DNA from: an uncultured Alphaproteobacteria bacterium
GTDB lineage: Bacteria > Pseudomonadota > Alphaproteobacteria > HIMB59 > GCA-002718135
NCBI GenBank assembly: GCA_902614395.1
Contig: CACMKW010000001.1
Span: 92,489-156,488 of the forward strand
Direction of reading: 5' to 3'
DNA: 64,000 bases
The notes under the pieces are model-generated. The model made no database searches. It saw only the letters and a program-made list of their open reading frames with translations, and had not been told where the DNA came from. The position numbers and the translations under genes are program-made. Below, piece by piece: positions 1 to 10,071 of the stretch; within the stretch, counting starts at the first letter, position 1; the number at the start of each line of letters is the position of its first letter.

Positions 1-474
1 TTTTTCATAAATATTATGCATAGCGTTCAAGAAATCATTCTTGCAACTATTAATATCCCATGTTTGCCAATTTTCCTCCTGTTGCTCTGACCAGCAGTCT
101 AATGATGAGATTGCTTTTGCTAAATTAAAAGGATCAATTTTTTTAGCATCTTTATAAATTGTCATAAGGTTATCATATGCAATTCTTATTTCGTTAATAT
201 TTTCCTCTGGCAACTTCCAATATGAAATTTCTTCAGGATATATTTCATCAGTTTCTAAACTCTTGAGAGCTTTTTCAGAATATAATTTTGCTGAATTCCA
301 ATCATGCATCTCTTCTGCTTCAAAAGTAGCTCTGTTTTTGTATTCGGACAATAAATGTTCTTGAAAGTTCCTTGGTTTATTAGTTTCCATAGTAGATAGT
401 TCTTTATAGCTAGCAGAGCAACCCGTTAAAAAAATTAGAATAGAGATAATTGATATTAAATATTTAAATTTCAT
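1..474 (-). CDS. putative lipoprotein, N-terminal 158 codons only (C-terminal part lies beyond the left window edge)
   Basis: Absent from the ORF track because it runs off the window. Reverse-strand ATG at 474..472, open in frame down to base 1. N-terminus MKFKYLISIISILIFLTGCSAS is a signal peptide plus lipobox (L-T-G-C). The rest is acidic and helical (ATFEAEEMHDWNSAKLYSEKAL). Confidence 0.6.
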   Translation of the reverse strand, partial: MKFKYLISIISILIFLTGCSASYKELSTMETNKPRNFQEHLLSEYKNRATFEAEEMHDWNSAKLYSEKALKSLETDEIYPEEISYWKLPEENINEIRIAYDNLMTIYKDAKKIDPFNLAKAISSLDCWSEQQEENWQTWDINSCKNDFLNAMHNIYEK

Positions 475-622
475 AGATTTCCATTATCAAATTTTGCTGT
501 CAAAACTAAGACTAAATTTTGACCGAATTAAGGTCCACCATTTTCTTTGTATGACACACATTTTATTATTGCGGAGTATTTAAAGATTAAATACAGAATT
601 ATCATATTTATTTAAGGAGTTT

Positions 623-1957
623 ATGATGATTAAACATTCTACGTCAGTGGATCAATCGGACAGAAAGGTTCCCTACAATTTAAGACAAAGTGGTCCTACA
701 CCAGTTCAAATGCTTATATCAACAAGAGTGAGAAAATCACCTTATTGGCATTTGTCAATGGAGGCGGGATGTTGGAGAGCAACAGTTTATAATAGGATTT
801 ATCATCCGAGGGGTTATGTAAAACCAGAAGATGGTGGAGCAATGGTTGAGTATGAGGCAATTAAAAATCATGTTACCATGTGGAATGTTGCAGTTGAAAG
901 ACAAATTCAAGTTAAAGGGCCTGATGCTGAGGCTTTTGTCGATTATGTTATAACAAGAGATGCTACAAAAATATCTCCAATGAGAGGAAGATATGTAATT
1001 CTTTGTAATCAGTACGGCGGTGTTTTAAATGATCCTATTCTTTTAAGAATTTCAAAGGATGAGTTTTGGTTTTCTTTATCTGACTCAGATATTGGTTTGT
1101 ATTTGCAAGGTGTAAATCATGATAATAGATTTAATGTTCATATTGATGAAATTGATGTAAGCCCAGTTCAAATTCAAGGACCTAAAGCGCATGCTTTGAT
1201 GAATGATTTAATTGGTGATCAAGTTAAAGTTGATGAAATGCCATTTTATGGACTTGCTGCTGCTAAAGTTGGTGGAAGAGATTGTATAATTTCACAAACT
1301 GGTTTTTCTGGAGAAGCAGGATTTGAAATATACTTATATGATTCAACGAAATATGCTGATGATATGTGGAATGCTGTTTTAGAAGCAGGAAAAAAACATA
1401 ATCTTATGGTTATAGCACCGGCTCATCACCGTAGAATTCAAGCAGGCATTCTATCTTGGGGTCAAGATATGGATAATCAACACAATCCTTTTCAATGTAA
1501 TCTAGGTTATCAAGTATCTTTATCTGGTAAGGGTGAGTGGAATAAAACTTCTGACTATGTTGGTAAGGCTGTCCTTGAAAAGATGAAGGCTGAATTAAAA
1601 GAAGGAAAAAAACCATATAAGCTTCAATTAGTTGGATTAAGCTTAGGAGGAAAACCTATCGAAGAATATGCTCCTGATTTTTGGCTTGTTTCTGAAGATG
1701 GAAATGAACCCTGTGGATTTATAACATCTCCTTGGTATCATCCTGAGCAAGGAAGGAACATTGCTATGGGCTATGTACCATTTGATGGAACTCTAAATAA
1801 AAATGGTTTTCCTATTGGAAATTATGGTCGCAAATTCAAGATTCATCTACCTGATCAATATGCAGATACACCTGGCGTACCAGTAGATGCAGAAGTTGTG
1901 CCAATTCCTTTTACTGAATCACACAATTCCAATACTAGAGAAGTAGTAGATAAATAA
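623..1957 (+). CDS. GcvT/DmdA-family tetrahydrofolate-dependent aminomethyltransferase/demethylase, substrate unknown
   Basis: 444 aa. Family blocks read directly: RKSPYW, MWNVAVERQIQVKGPDA, VSPVQIQGPKA, SQTGFSGEAGFEIY, RIQAGILSWGQDM. No flavin-binding N-domain. AAGGAG Shine-Dalgarno at 614..619. Confidence 0.75.
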   Translation: MMIKHSTSVDQSDRKVPYNLRQSGPTPVQMLISTRVRKSPYWHLSMEAGCWRATVYNRIYHPRGYVKPEDGGAMVEYEAIKNHVTMWNVAVERQIQVKGPDAEAFVDYVITRDATKISPMRGRYVILCNQYGGVLNDPILLRISKDEFWFSLSDSDIGLYLQGVNHDNRFNVHIDEIDVSPVQIQGPKAHALMNDLIGDQVKVDEMPFYGLAAAKVGGRDCIISQTGFSGEAGFEIYLYDSTKYADDMWNAVLEAGKKHNLMVIAPAHHRRIQAGILSWGQDMDNQHNPFQCNLGYQVSLSGKGEWNKTSDYVGKAVLEKMKAELKEGKKPYKLQLVGLSLGGKPIEEYAPDFWLVSEDGNEPCGFITSPWYHPEQGRNIAMGYVPFDGTLNKNGFPIGNYGRKFKIHLPDQYADTPGVPVDAEVVPIPFTESHNSNTREVVDK

Positions 1958-1968
1958 AATATTTTAAG

Positions 1969-2000
1969 AAGCTCTATTTAATGAAATAGAGCTTTTTTAT
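1969..2000 (+). terminator. rho-independent terminator after the GcvT-like gene
   Basis: Perfect 11-bp stem AAGCTCTATTT (1969..1979) / AAATAGAGCTT (1984..1994), loop AATG, followed by a T-run (1993..1998). It overlaps the stop codon of the convergent DsbA-like gene. Confidence 0.75.
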
Positions 2001-2617
2001 TTTAATAAAGCTTTTATTCTATCAATAGAGATATAACCAACAACAAGTTCTTCATTAACAAAAAAAGTAGGAGTACCTCGAGCACCTGATCCATTAGCTA
2101 AAAATGAACTCAGTCTTACGATATTATTAACACTTTCTTTTGTCATATCGATATTTAATTTAGCATCATTTAACTCAAGATTTTCAATTATTTGTTTTAG
2201 TTTTGCATTATTTAAATTTCCCTCAACTTCAAACAATGCATTATGAAAATCGATACCTTTGTTCTGCATGTTTGCAGCTATAACCATATTTGCTAGTAAT
2301 TTAGAAGACTCACTTAAAATTGGATGTTGTAAGAATACTATTCGTGTATCTTTTCTTTCACTTGCAATCTGAAGTAGTTCAGGATGAACTTTTTTACAAT
2401 ATCCACAAAAATAATCCATAAATTCAATAATGGTATTGTTTGCATTTTCATCACCAATTTGAACAATTCCATCTTCAGGAATAACATCTAAAATTTTTAA
2501 ATGAAAAGGCTTAGACTCATCAAAAAACAATTCTTTAAGAGTCATTTCAGCCTTTATAGGAAGACAAATAAACGCACTCATTATAACCACCGAAATTATT
2601 TTTTTAAAGTATCTCAT
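1997..2617 (-). CDS. periplasmic DsbA-like thiol:disulfide oxidoreductase
   Basis: 206 aa. N-terminal signal/anchor MRYFKKIISVVIMSAFICLPIKA. Thioredoxin-fold CxxC site in DYFCGYCKK. C-terminal GTPTFFVN cis-Pro-loop region typical of the DsbA family. Confidence 0.8.
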   Translation of the reverse strand: MRYFKKIISVVIMSAFICLPIKAEMTLKELFFDESKPFHLKILDVIPEDGIVQIGDENANNTIIEFMDYFCGYCKKVHPELLQIASERKDTRIVFLQHPILSESSKLLANMVIAANMQNKGIDFHNALFEVEGNLNNAKLKQIIENLELNDAKLNIDMTKESVNNIVRLSSFLANGSGARGTPTFFVNEELVVGYISIDRIKALLK

Positions 2618-2671
2618 GATTGACCCACCTTATTTAATATGATTAATGAAGTACAGTATTAAATAGTAATA

Positions 2672-5107
2672 ATGAAATCAAAGTCAAAAGTAGTTGTCAT
2701 CGGTGGAGGTGCTGTAGGCGTTAGCACTTTATATCATTTAGCCAAAAAGGGTTGGTCAGATGTAGTCCTGGTTGAAAGAAAAGAATTAACTTCAGGATCA
2801 ACATGGCATGCAGCAGGTTTACTTCCATTATTCAATATGAGTTATTCAGTAGGTCAATTGCATAAATACGCAGTCAAACTTTACAAAACTCTTGAGGAAG
2901 AAACAGGACAAAAAGTTGGTTTTAGTGTGGTTTCAAATATCCGTTTAGCAACTACTCAAGATAGAATGGATGAGTATTATCAATATTCAGGAGTTGCAAA
3001 AACAATAGGTGTAGATGTTAAATTTTTAACACCTGAACAAGTAAAAGAAATTTGGCCCCTTTGTAATACAGATGGATTGATAGGGGCAATTCAACATCCT
3101 GAAGATGGATACATTCAACCAGCCGATCTAACTCAAGCTCTAGCAAAAGGAGCAAGAGATAAAGGTGCAGAAATTTATAGAAATACTTCTGTAACTGGTA
3201 TTAAAAAAAATAAAGATGATTTATGGATTGTAGAAACTGATAAAGGTTCTATTGAATGTGAGCATGTAGTGTCATGTAGTGGTAATTTTGCAAGACAAAC
3301 TGGAAAGATGGTCGGACTTGATATTCCAGTCATACCTGTTGAACACCAATACATAGTGACTGACGATCATCCTGAAATATTAAAAAGAAAAGAACAAGGG
3401 CTTCCTGAAATGGGGGTCTTACGAGATTCTGATAGTTCTTGGTATATGCGTGAAGAAAGAGGAGGATTGATATTAGGGCCTTATGAAAAAGGAGCTCCCG
3501 TTTGTTATGTAGATGGACCTGACAAAGAATCTGAATTTGAATTATTTCAAGAAGACCTGGAGCGTTTAGAGCCTCACATCGAATCAGCAATGCACCGTGT
3601 TCCTATTTTTGGAGAAGTTGGAGTTAAGAAAGTTTACAATGGTGCTATTTGTTATACACCAGATGGAAGTCCAATTGTTGGACCGGCATGGGGACTTAAA
3701 AATTTCTGGTTAAATGAAGGACATAGCTTTGGAATTACTGCAGCTGGTGGAGCAGGATGGCAAATTGCTGAGTGGATAGTAGACGGTGAACCTACAATTG
3801 ATATGTTAGGTGTAGATCCTAGAAGATTTGGTGATTATGCAACAGAGGCATATTTGATTAAAAAGAATGAAGAAGCTTACGCGAATGTCTTTACTGTACA
3901 CTATCCTGATGAAGAAAGAGAAGAGGGACGTCCATTAAGACAAGCTCCTTGTTATGATAGATTAAAAAATCTTGGTGCAGTTTTTGGTCAAAAGTTTGGT
4001 TGGGAGCGTGCTAACTGGTTTGCACCTTCAAAAGAACTACAAAAAGATGACTGGTCATTTAGAAGATCAAAATGGTTTGAACATGTTGGCAACGAATGCT
4101 TGAATGTTCAGAATAATGCTGGCCTTCTAGATATGACTGCCTTTGCTAAATGTCGGATTTCAGGACCTGGTGCAGAAGAATTTCTAGACTACTTAGTTGC
4201 AAACAAAATCCCTAAAAAAATTGGAAGAGTTAATCTTTGTCATGCACTAAATACTGCTGGAGGAGTTCACTCAGAATTTACAATTGCAAAAGAAAAAGAA
4301 AATTCGTTTTATTTAGTTTCAGCAGGAGCATTTCAACGATTAGATCATGATTGGATTCATAAATGGATGCCCAAAGATGGAACAGTAATTTATGAAAATC
4401 TAACTAACAGTATGGGTGTTCTTGTTTTAGCAGGACCTAAATCAAGAGATATTCTTTCCAAAATTACAAAGACTGATTTATCTAATGAAAATTTCCCATG
4501 GTTATCCTCAAAAAAAATCAATGTTGGTTTAGCCCCTAGTATTGCTATGCGAATGAATTTTGTTGGAGAACTCGGATGGGAATTACATCATCCAATTGAA
4601 TATCAAAACCATATTTTTGATAAATTGATGGAAGCAGGAAAAGATTACGGGCTTAAACCATTTGGTATTAGAGCGATGGAAAGCTTACGTGTTGAAAAAA
4701 CCTACAAATTGGTTGGTACAGAAATGTCTATAGAATATGCAGCATTTGAGTCTGGATTAGAAAGATTCGTACATTTAAATAAAGGGAATTTTATTGGAAG
4801 AGATTCTCTTGTTAAATGGCAGCAAAATGGGTTTAAAAACAAAATGGTAACTTTAGAGGTTCATGATGTTGAAGATGCAGATGCTTTGGGTAATAATCCT
4901 ATTTATAATAATGGAAAAGTTATAGGTCGTGCGACAGGAGGTAACTATGGTTTTAGAGTGAAAAAATCATTAGCTATTGGTATGGTGGATCCTCAATTTA
5001 CAGATGTTGGTCAAAAATTAGAAATGGATATATTAGATAAAAAATACAATGTAACAGTTATAGAGGATAGTCCTTATGATCCTAAAAATGAAAAACTAAA
5101 ACAATAG
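2672..5107 (+). CDS. dimethylglycine/sarcosine dehydrogenase-family flavoenzyme (FAD domain fused to a GcvT-like THF-binding domain)
   Basis: 811 aa. Rossmann [12 protein letters not shown]. Covalent-flavin-type motif [11 protein letters not shown]-terminal GcvT-like domain ([23 protein letters not shown]). Directly followed by etfB, etfA and ETF-QO, the expected electron acceptors. Dimethylglycine versus sarcosine specificity cannot be read from the sequence. Confidence 0.85.
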   Translation: MKSKSKVVVIGGGAVGVSTLYHLAKKGWSDVVLVERKELTSGSTWHAAGLLPLFNMSYSVGQLHKYAVKLYKTLEEETGQKVGFSVVSNIRLATTQDRMDEYYQYSGVAKTIGVDVKFLTPEQVKEIWPLCNTDGLIGAIQHPEDGYIQPADLTQALAKGARDKGAEIYRNTSVTGIKKNKDDLWIVETDKGSIECEHVVSCSGNFARQTGKMVGLDIPVIPVEHQYIVTDDHPEILKRKEQGLPEMGVLRDSDSSWYMREERGGLILGPYEKGAPVCYVDGPDKESEFELFQEDLERLEPHIESAMHRVPIFGEVGVKKVYNGAICYTPDGSPIVGPAWGLKNFWLNEGHSFGITAAGGAGWQIAEWIVDGEPTIDMLGVDPRRFGDYATEAYLIKKNEEAYANVFTVHYPDEEREEGRPLRQAPCYDRLKNLGAVFGQKFGWERANWFAPSKELQKDDWSFRRSKWFEHVGNECLNVQNNAGLLDMTAFAKCRISGPGAEEFLDYLVANKIPKKIGRVNLCHALNTAGGVHSEFTIAKEKENSFYLVSAGAFQRLDHDWIHKWMPKDGTVIYENLTNSMGVLVLAGPKSRDILSKITKTDLSNENFPWLSSKKINVGLAPSIAMRMNFVGELGWELHHPIEYQNHIFDKLMEAGKDYGLKPFGIRAMESLRVEKTYKLVGTEMSIEYAAFESGLERFVHLNKGNFIGRDSLVKWQQNGFKNKMVTLEVHDVEDADALGNNPIYNNGKVIGRATGGNYGFRVKKSLAIGMVDPQFTDVGQKLEMDILDKKYNVTVIEDSPYDPKNEKLKQ

Positions 5108-5108
5108 T

Positions 5109-5858
5109 ATGAAGTTACTTGTCACCGTAAAAAGAGTCATAGATTATAATGTTCAAATCAGGGTTAAAGCTGATGGCTCTGGAGTTGAAAAAGACAATGT
5201 AAAAATGTCAATGAATCCTCCTGATGAAAATGCGGTAGAGGAGGCTCTAAGGATAAAAGAAGCTGGTAAAGCAGATGAGATTATAATTCTTTCTGTAGGT
5301 AATGATAAGGCTCAAGAGACTATCCGAACTGCATTAGCAATGGGAGCTGATAGGGGTATACATGTTAAAACGGACAATGATTTAGAACCTCTAGCTATTT
5401 CTAAAATAATTTCCAAAGTTGCTGAAGAAGAAAAACCATCAATTATTTTAATGGGAAAACAAGCAATTGATGATGATTCTAATCAAACCGGTCAAATGAC
5501 ATCTGCTTTACTTAATTGGCCTCAGGCTACATTCGCATCTAAAATTGAAATTGACGGACAAAATGCAATAGTTACTAGAGAGATTGATGAAGGCTTGGAA
5601 AGAATAAAAGTCTCTATACCATTTGTAGCATCATGTGATCTTCGACTCAATGAACCAAGGTATGCTTCTTTACCGAATATAATGAAAGCAAAGAAAAAAC
5701 CAATTGATACAAAAGAAGCATCTTCTCTTGGTATAAATATAGAATCTAGGATTGAACAGATAAAAGTAGAAGAACCACCTGTTAGACAAAAAGGAATCAT
5801 GGTAAGTGATGTTGCTGAATTGGTTCAAAAACTTAAACATGAGGCAAAAGTAATATGA
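5109..5858 (+). CDS. etfB: electron transfer flavoprotein beta subunit
   Basis: 249 aa. Canonical start [15 protein letters not shown], then [17 protein letters not shown]. Starts 1 nt after the upstream stop; ATGA overlap with etfA at 5855..5858. Confidence 0.93.
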   Translation: MKLLVTVKRVIDYNVQIRVKADGSGVEKDNVKMSMNPPDENAVEEALRIKEAGKADEIIILSVGNDKAQETIRTALAMGADRGIHVKTDNDLEPLAISKIISKVAEEEKPSIILMGKQAIDDDSNQTGQMTSALLNWPQATFASKIEIDGQNAIVTREIDEGLERIKVSIPFVASCDLRLNEPRYASLPNIMKAKKKPIDTKEASSLGINIESRIEQIKVEEPPVRQKGIMVSDVAELVQKLKHEAKVI

Positions 5859-6808
5859 CAATATTAGTATTAGCAGAACATAATAATATAGATATTAAGT
5901 CATCAACCTTAAATACTATATCTGCAGCATCGCAAATAGACCAAGATATCCATGTTTTAGTAACAGGTTATGAATGTGAAGAGCTAGCTAAAAATATCTC
6001 TAAATGTGAAAAAGTTTCAAAAGTATATTTAGCCAACAATGAAAAACTTAAAAATCCAATTGCTGAAAATATTGAACCTATAGTTGTATCTTTAGCCAAT
6101 AATTATTCGCACATTATGGCACCCGCAACAACATTTGGAAAAAATATTTTTCCTAGAATTGCTGTTAAATTAGATATTGCACAAGTTAGCGATGTTATAA
6201 AAATATTAAGTTCCGATACTTTTATGAGACCAATTTATGCTGGGAACGCTATTGCTACAGTTAAATCAAATGATAAGATTAAAGTAGTAACAGTACGACC
6301 AACATCATTTGATCCTGTAGAAACTAGCGGTGGAAAAGAAGAGATTGAAAATATTTCTTTTGATAATGATAGTGGCTGTGTTGAATTTATAGATAGAGAA
6401 GAATCTCAATCTGAAAGACCAGAGTTGAGTACTGCTCGAGTTGTCATATCTGGTGGTAGAGGATTACAAAGTGCCGAAAATTTTAAACTTTTAAATGAAA
6501 TAGCAGATAAGCTTAATGCGGCAGTTGGTGCTTCTCGTGCTGCTGTAGACGCTGGTTATGTTTCTAACGATTATCAAGTTGGGCAAACTGGCAAAGTAGT
6601 TGTTCCAGATTTGTATATTGCTGTAGGTATTTCTGGTGCAATACAGCACTTAGCAGGGATGAAAGAAAGTAAGGTAATTGTAGCAATCAATAAAGATGAA
6701 GAAGCACCGATATTTAATGTTGCTGATTATGGATTAAATGCTGACCTATTTGAAGCATTGCCTCAATTATCTTCTGAACTAGATAAATTAAATACTATTC
6801 AACAATAA
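5855..6808 (+). CDS. etfA: electron transfer flavoprotein alpha subunit
   Basis: 317 aa. C-terminal FAD-binding block [45 protein letters not shown]. Confidence 0.93.
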   Translation: MTILVLAEHNNIDIKSSTLNTISAASQIDQDIHVLVTGYECEELAKNISKCEKVSKVYLANNEKLKNPIAENIEPIVVSLANNYSHIMAPATTFGKNIFPRIAVKLDIAQVSDVIKILSSDTFMRPIYAGNAIATVKSNDKIKVVTVRPTSFDPVETSGGKEEIENISFDNDSGCVEFIDREESQSERPELSTARVVISGGRGLQSAENFKLLNEIADKLNAAVGASRAAVDAGYVSNDYQVGQTGKVVVPDLYIAVGISGAIQHLAGMKESKVIVAINKDEEAPIFNVADYGLNADLFEALPQLSSELDKLNTIQQ

Positions 6809-6831
6809 ATTAATTTATTACAATAAATAAA

Positions 6832-8460
6832 ATGGAAGTAAAACGCGAGTCAATGGACTATGATGTTGTTGTAGTAGGTGCTGGTCCATCAGGCCTATCA
6901 ACTGCAATCAAATTAAAACAACTAAACCCTGAAATTAATGTTTGTATATTAGAAAAGGGATCAGAGGTTGGGGCACATATTTTAAGTGGTAATGTCTTTG
7001 AAACAAGAGCACTGGATGAACTAATACCAGATTGGAGAACTAAAGATTCGCCAATTAAAACTAAAGTAACAAAAGAAAAGTTTTTATTCTTATCTAAGAA
7101 AAGTTCAATCAATTGGCCTACTTGGCTTCTTCCTAGTGTTCAAAAAAATCATAAGAATTACATCATTAGCCTTGCAAATTTATGTAGATGGCTAGCAAAT
7201 GAGGCTGAAAGTTTAGGTGTCGAAATTTTTCCAGGATTTGCAGCATCTAAAATATTATATTCAGAGGATCATAGTGTAATTGGTGTTCAAACAGGTGATA
7301 TGGGTATTGATAAAGATGGTAACAAAAAAGATAGTTTTGAACCAGGGATTAATATTAAAGCTAAAGTAACAGTATTTGCTGAGGGTTGTAGAGGTCATTT
7401 AGGTAAAGAATTAATTAAAAAATATAATTTATCAAAAGATAAGTCACCACAACAATATGGAATTGGATTTAAAGAAATATGGGAAGTAGACGACACTCAG
7501 CATGAAGAAGGTCTTGTAATGCATACTGCGGGATGGCCATTAGATAACACAACTTATGGTGGAAGTTTTTGTTATCATGCTGAAAATAAACAAATATTTT
7601 TAGGATATGTAATCGGTCTTGATTATAAAAATCCTTATTTATCTCCTTATGATGAATTTCAAAAATTTAAAACTCACCCAGCAATCAAGAAAATTCTCAC
7701 TAATGGAAAACGTATTGCTTATGGAGCAAGGGCACTTATTGAAGGTGGTATTCAAAGTTTACCTAAAATGTATATGCCAGGTGCATTACTAGTTGGATGT
7801 GATGCAGGTACTTTAAATATGCCAAAGATTAAAGGATCACATACTGCTATGAAAAGTGGAATTATAGCTGCTGAAACAATTAATGATTATTTAAGTAAAT
7901 CTTCACCTCTTTCAGCATATGAAAATAAATTTAAACGTTCATGGCTTTATAAAGAATTATTTGCAGCAAGGAATGTGAAACCTAGTTTTAATTGGGGGTT
8001 AATACCTGCAATAATATTTACAGGAATTGATCAAATAATATTTAGAGGCAGGCTTCCTTTTACACTACAACACAAACATGCTGATCATGAAGCTTTACAA
8101 TTAGCAAAAGATTCAAAAAAAATAGACTATCCAAAATATGATGGAATATTTACGTTTGATAAAACCAGTTCAGTTTATTTGACTGGAACTAATCATGAAG
8201 CTGATCAGCCAGTGCATTTACAATTAAAGGACAAGGAACTACCAATAAAATTTACTTTAAATGCCTATGATGAACCATCTCAAAGATATTGTCCTGCTGG
8301 TGTATATGAGATTGATAAGACAGATATTCAAAATCCTAAATTTGTAATTAATGCGCAAAACTGTATTCATTGTAAAACATGTGATATTAAAGAGCCATCA
8401 CAAAACATAAATTGGGTTGTACCTGAAGGTAGTGGTGGACCAAATTATGCAAATATGTAA
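6832..8460 (+). CDS. electron-transferring-flavoprotein:ubiquinone oxidoreductase (ETF-QO)
   Basis: 542 aa. FAD motif DVVVVGAGPSGLS. C-terminal 4Fe-4S region RYCPAGVYE...NAQNCIHCKTCDIKEP. Follows etfBA. Confidence 0.92.
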   Translation: MEVKRESMDYDVVVVGAGPSGLSTAIKLKQLNPEINVCILEKGSEVGAHILSGNVFETRALDELIPDWRTKDSPIKTKVTKEKFLFLSKKSSINWPTWLLPSVQKNHKNYIISLANLCRWLANEAESLGVEIFPGFAASKILYSEDHSVIGVQTGDMGIDKDGNKKDSFEPGINIKAKVTVFAEGCRGHLGKELIKKYNLSKDKSPQQYGIGFKEIWEVDDTQHEEGLVMHTAGWPLDNTTYGGSFCYHAENKQIFLGYVIGLDYKNPYLSPYDEFQKFKTHPAIKKILTNGKRIAYGARALIEGGIQSLPKMYMPGALLVGCDAGTLNMPKIKGSHTAMKSGIIAAETINDYLSKSSPLSAYENKFKRSWLYKELFAARNVKPSFNWGLIPAIIFTGIDQIIFRGRLPFTLQHKHADHEALQLAKDSKKIDYPKYDGIFTFDKTSSVYLTGTNHEADQPVHLQLKDKELPIKFTLNAYDEPSQRYCPAGVYEIDKTDIQNPKFVINAQNCIHCKTCDIKEPSQNINWVVPEGSGGPNYANM

Positions 8461-8506
8461 TATATTTGTAAAATACTTATTTTAATTAAATTGACTCATT
8501 TTTATT

Positions 8507-9340
8507 ATGAATAAAAATAAAATTGTATTTACTTTTGCAACAGCGGAAGTAAATTTTATTGGTCAAATATTTATAAAGATTACTGAATTATTAACAGGAA
8601 AATTAAAATTAAAAAAATTATATGATGAATACTTATCTGAAAATAGACCACCTGAGCTTTTTTGGGATGATGCAGTAGATAAATTAAATCTTAATTTAAT
8701 AACTAATTTTAAAGACGGTAGTTACATTCCAAAAAAAGGAAAATTAATTGTTATAGCAAATCACGCTTTTGGAGTTGCGGATGGTGTATCCATATGTTCA
8801 GCAATTTCAAAAGTAAGACAAGATTATAAAATGGTTACACATAAAGTCTTAAGGCAAGCAGAGGCAGTGAAAGATAAAATATTACCAATTGATTTTAATG
8901 AAAATAGAGAAGCCCTATTAACTAACATTAATACACGTAAAGAAGCTGAAAAAGTTTTACATAATGAGGGTCTTTTAGTGCTTTTCCCTTCTGGAACAAT
9001 AGCAACAAAACAAAACTTAAAAAAGAATACAAAAGCTGACGATGGTGAGTGGAAACAATGGGTATCGAAATTAGTTCTCAAAACTAAAAGCCCTGTGTTA
9101 CCAATTTTTTTTGACGGTCAAAACAGTCAATTATATCATATTGCTAATAAAATAGGACAAACCTTTAGATATTCTTTGTGTATGTACGAACTTAAAAGAA
9201 AAATTGGCGATGATATTTATATGTATTTTGGATCTTTAATTTCATATGAAACTTTAAAGAATATCGGAGATATCAAACAAATTACAGAATATCTTAGATT
9301 AACAACATACTCCTTAGATCCACAATTTAACAAAAATTAA
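8507..9340 (+). CDS. PlsC/LPLAT-superfamily acyltransferase (putative-hemolysin/lyso-lipid acyltransferase type)
   Basis: 277 aa. Acyltransferase motif I variant IANHAFGVADG (H-x5-D) and motif III-like LLVLFPSGTIAT. Acceptor lipid unknown. Confidence 0.6.
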   Translation: MNKNKIVFTFATAEVNFIGQIFIKITELLTGKLKLKKLYDEYLSENRPPELFWDDAVDKLNLNLITNFKDGSYIPKKGKLIVIANHAFGVADGVSICSAISKVRQDYKMVTHKVLRQAEAVKDKILPIDFNENREALLTNINTRKEAEKVLHNEGLLVLFPSGTIATKQNLKKNTKADDGEWKQWVSKLVLKTKSPVLPIFFDGQNSQLYHIANKIGQTFRYSLCMYELKRKIGDDIYMYFGSLISYETLKNIGDIKQITEYLRLTTYSLDPQFNKN

Positions 9341-9378
9341 ATATTTATTTTTTATAACTAGCGCCTTATAGAGCACTT

Positions 9379-10071
9379 ATGGTAGGTTTTGTTGGGGCCA
9401 GTGCAAGAAAAAGAAGAAGGAACAGATATTTATTTATTATACTTATTCTGGCTTTATTTGGTATTTTTTTCTATTTACCCTCTATAGATTTTACAACAGA
9501 AGAAAAACAACCTTTGGATGAAATCATCCCAAGTAATGTTGTCGATCAATCAAGCTTAAGAACTGAAATAGAAGAGTTAAAACTTGAAGTATTCCAAAAA
9601 GATCAAAGGTTAAAATTTAGAGATGATCAAATTAAAAATCTTCGCAAAGAAATAAATGATTTAAATAAATCGTTTAACACTGTCAAAAATGATTATAAAC
9701 AATCTCTTAGCAATATCTCAGATTTAGAGAATAACTCTGAAGAAAATTATTCACAAAATATTGAACAAATAGTTTCACTTGAAAATCAAATTACTGAATT
9801 AAAAAAACAATTATCAAAGTATGAAAATTTAGTTCTTAAATTAGAAACTGAATTAGCTAATTCTATATCTTCTGAAAATGTAGAAGAAGTAAATATTGAA
9901 AATTCAATATTAAAATCAGAAATTAACCAAATTAAAGAAAAGAATCTTAATTTTGAAAAAGAATTAAATAAATTAAAAACAACAATCGAAAATAAAGACA
10001 TGGAAATTGAAAAAAAAAATAAGGAACTAGAAAATTTAATTTATTTAAAAGATTTACAACATCACGGTTGA
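9379..10071 (+). CDS. membrane-anchored coiled-coil protein, function unknown
   Basis: 230 aa. Basic N-tail KRRRNRY followed by one TM (LFIILILALFGIFFYL), then about 180 aa of heptad-like E/K/L/N-rich sequence. No enzymatic motif seen. Confidence 0.5.
   Translation: MVGFVGASARKRRRNRYLFIILILALFGIFFYLPSIDFTTEEKQPLDEIIPSNVVDQSSLRTEIEELKLEVFQKDQRLKFRDDQIKNLRKEINDLNKSFNTVKNDYKQSLSNISDLENNSEENYSQNIEQIVSLENQITELKKQLSKYENLVLKLETELANSISSENVEEVNIENSILKSEINQIKEKNLNFEKELNKLKTTIENKDMEIEKKNKELENLIYLKDLQHHG

Noticed and set aside
475-622. Largest spacer in the window (148 nt), upstream of the DmdA/GcvT-like gene. Checked for a glycine, THF or SAM-type riboswitch and for a tRNA. Noted AAATTTTG at 489..496 and 514..521.
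   Set aside because: I see no conserved riboswitch core sequence (no GGAGAG/CACCG-type glycine motifs) and no stable multi-stem structure. The 8-mer repeat is AT-only and plausibly chance. This is most likely just two divergent promoters. A covariance-model scan would be the decisive test.
623-1957. Calling this gene dmdA (DMSP demethylase) outright.
   Set aside because: The fold and several blocks resemble DmdA. But the length (444 aa versus about 370 as I recall) and both termini differ, and I cannot verify substrate-pocket residues without an alignment. Kept as family-level only.
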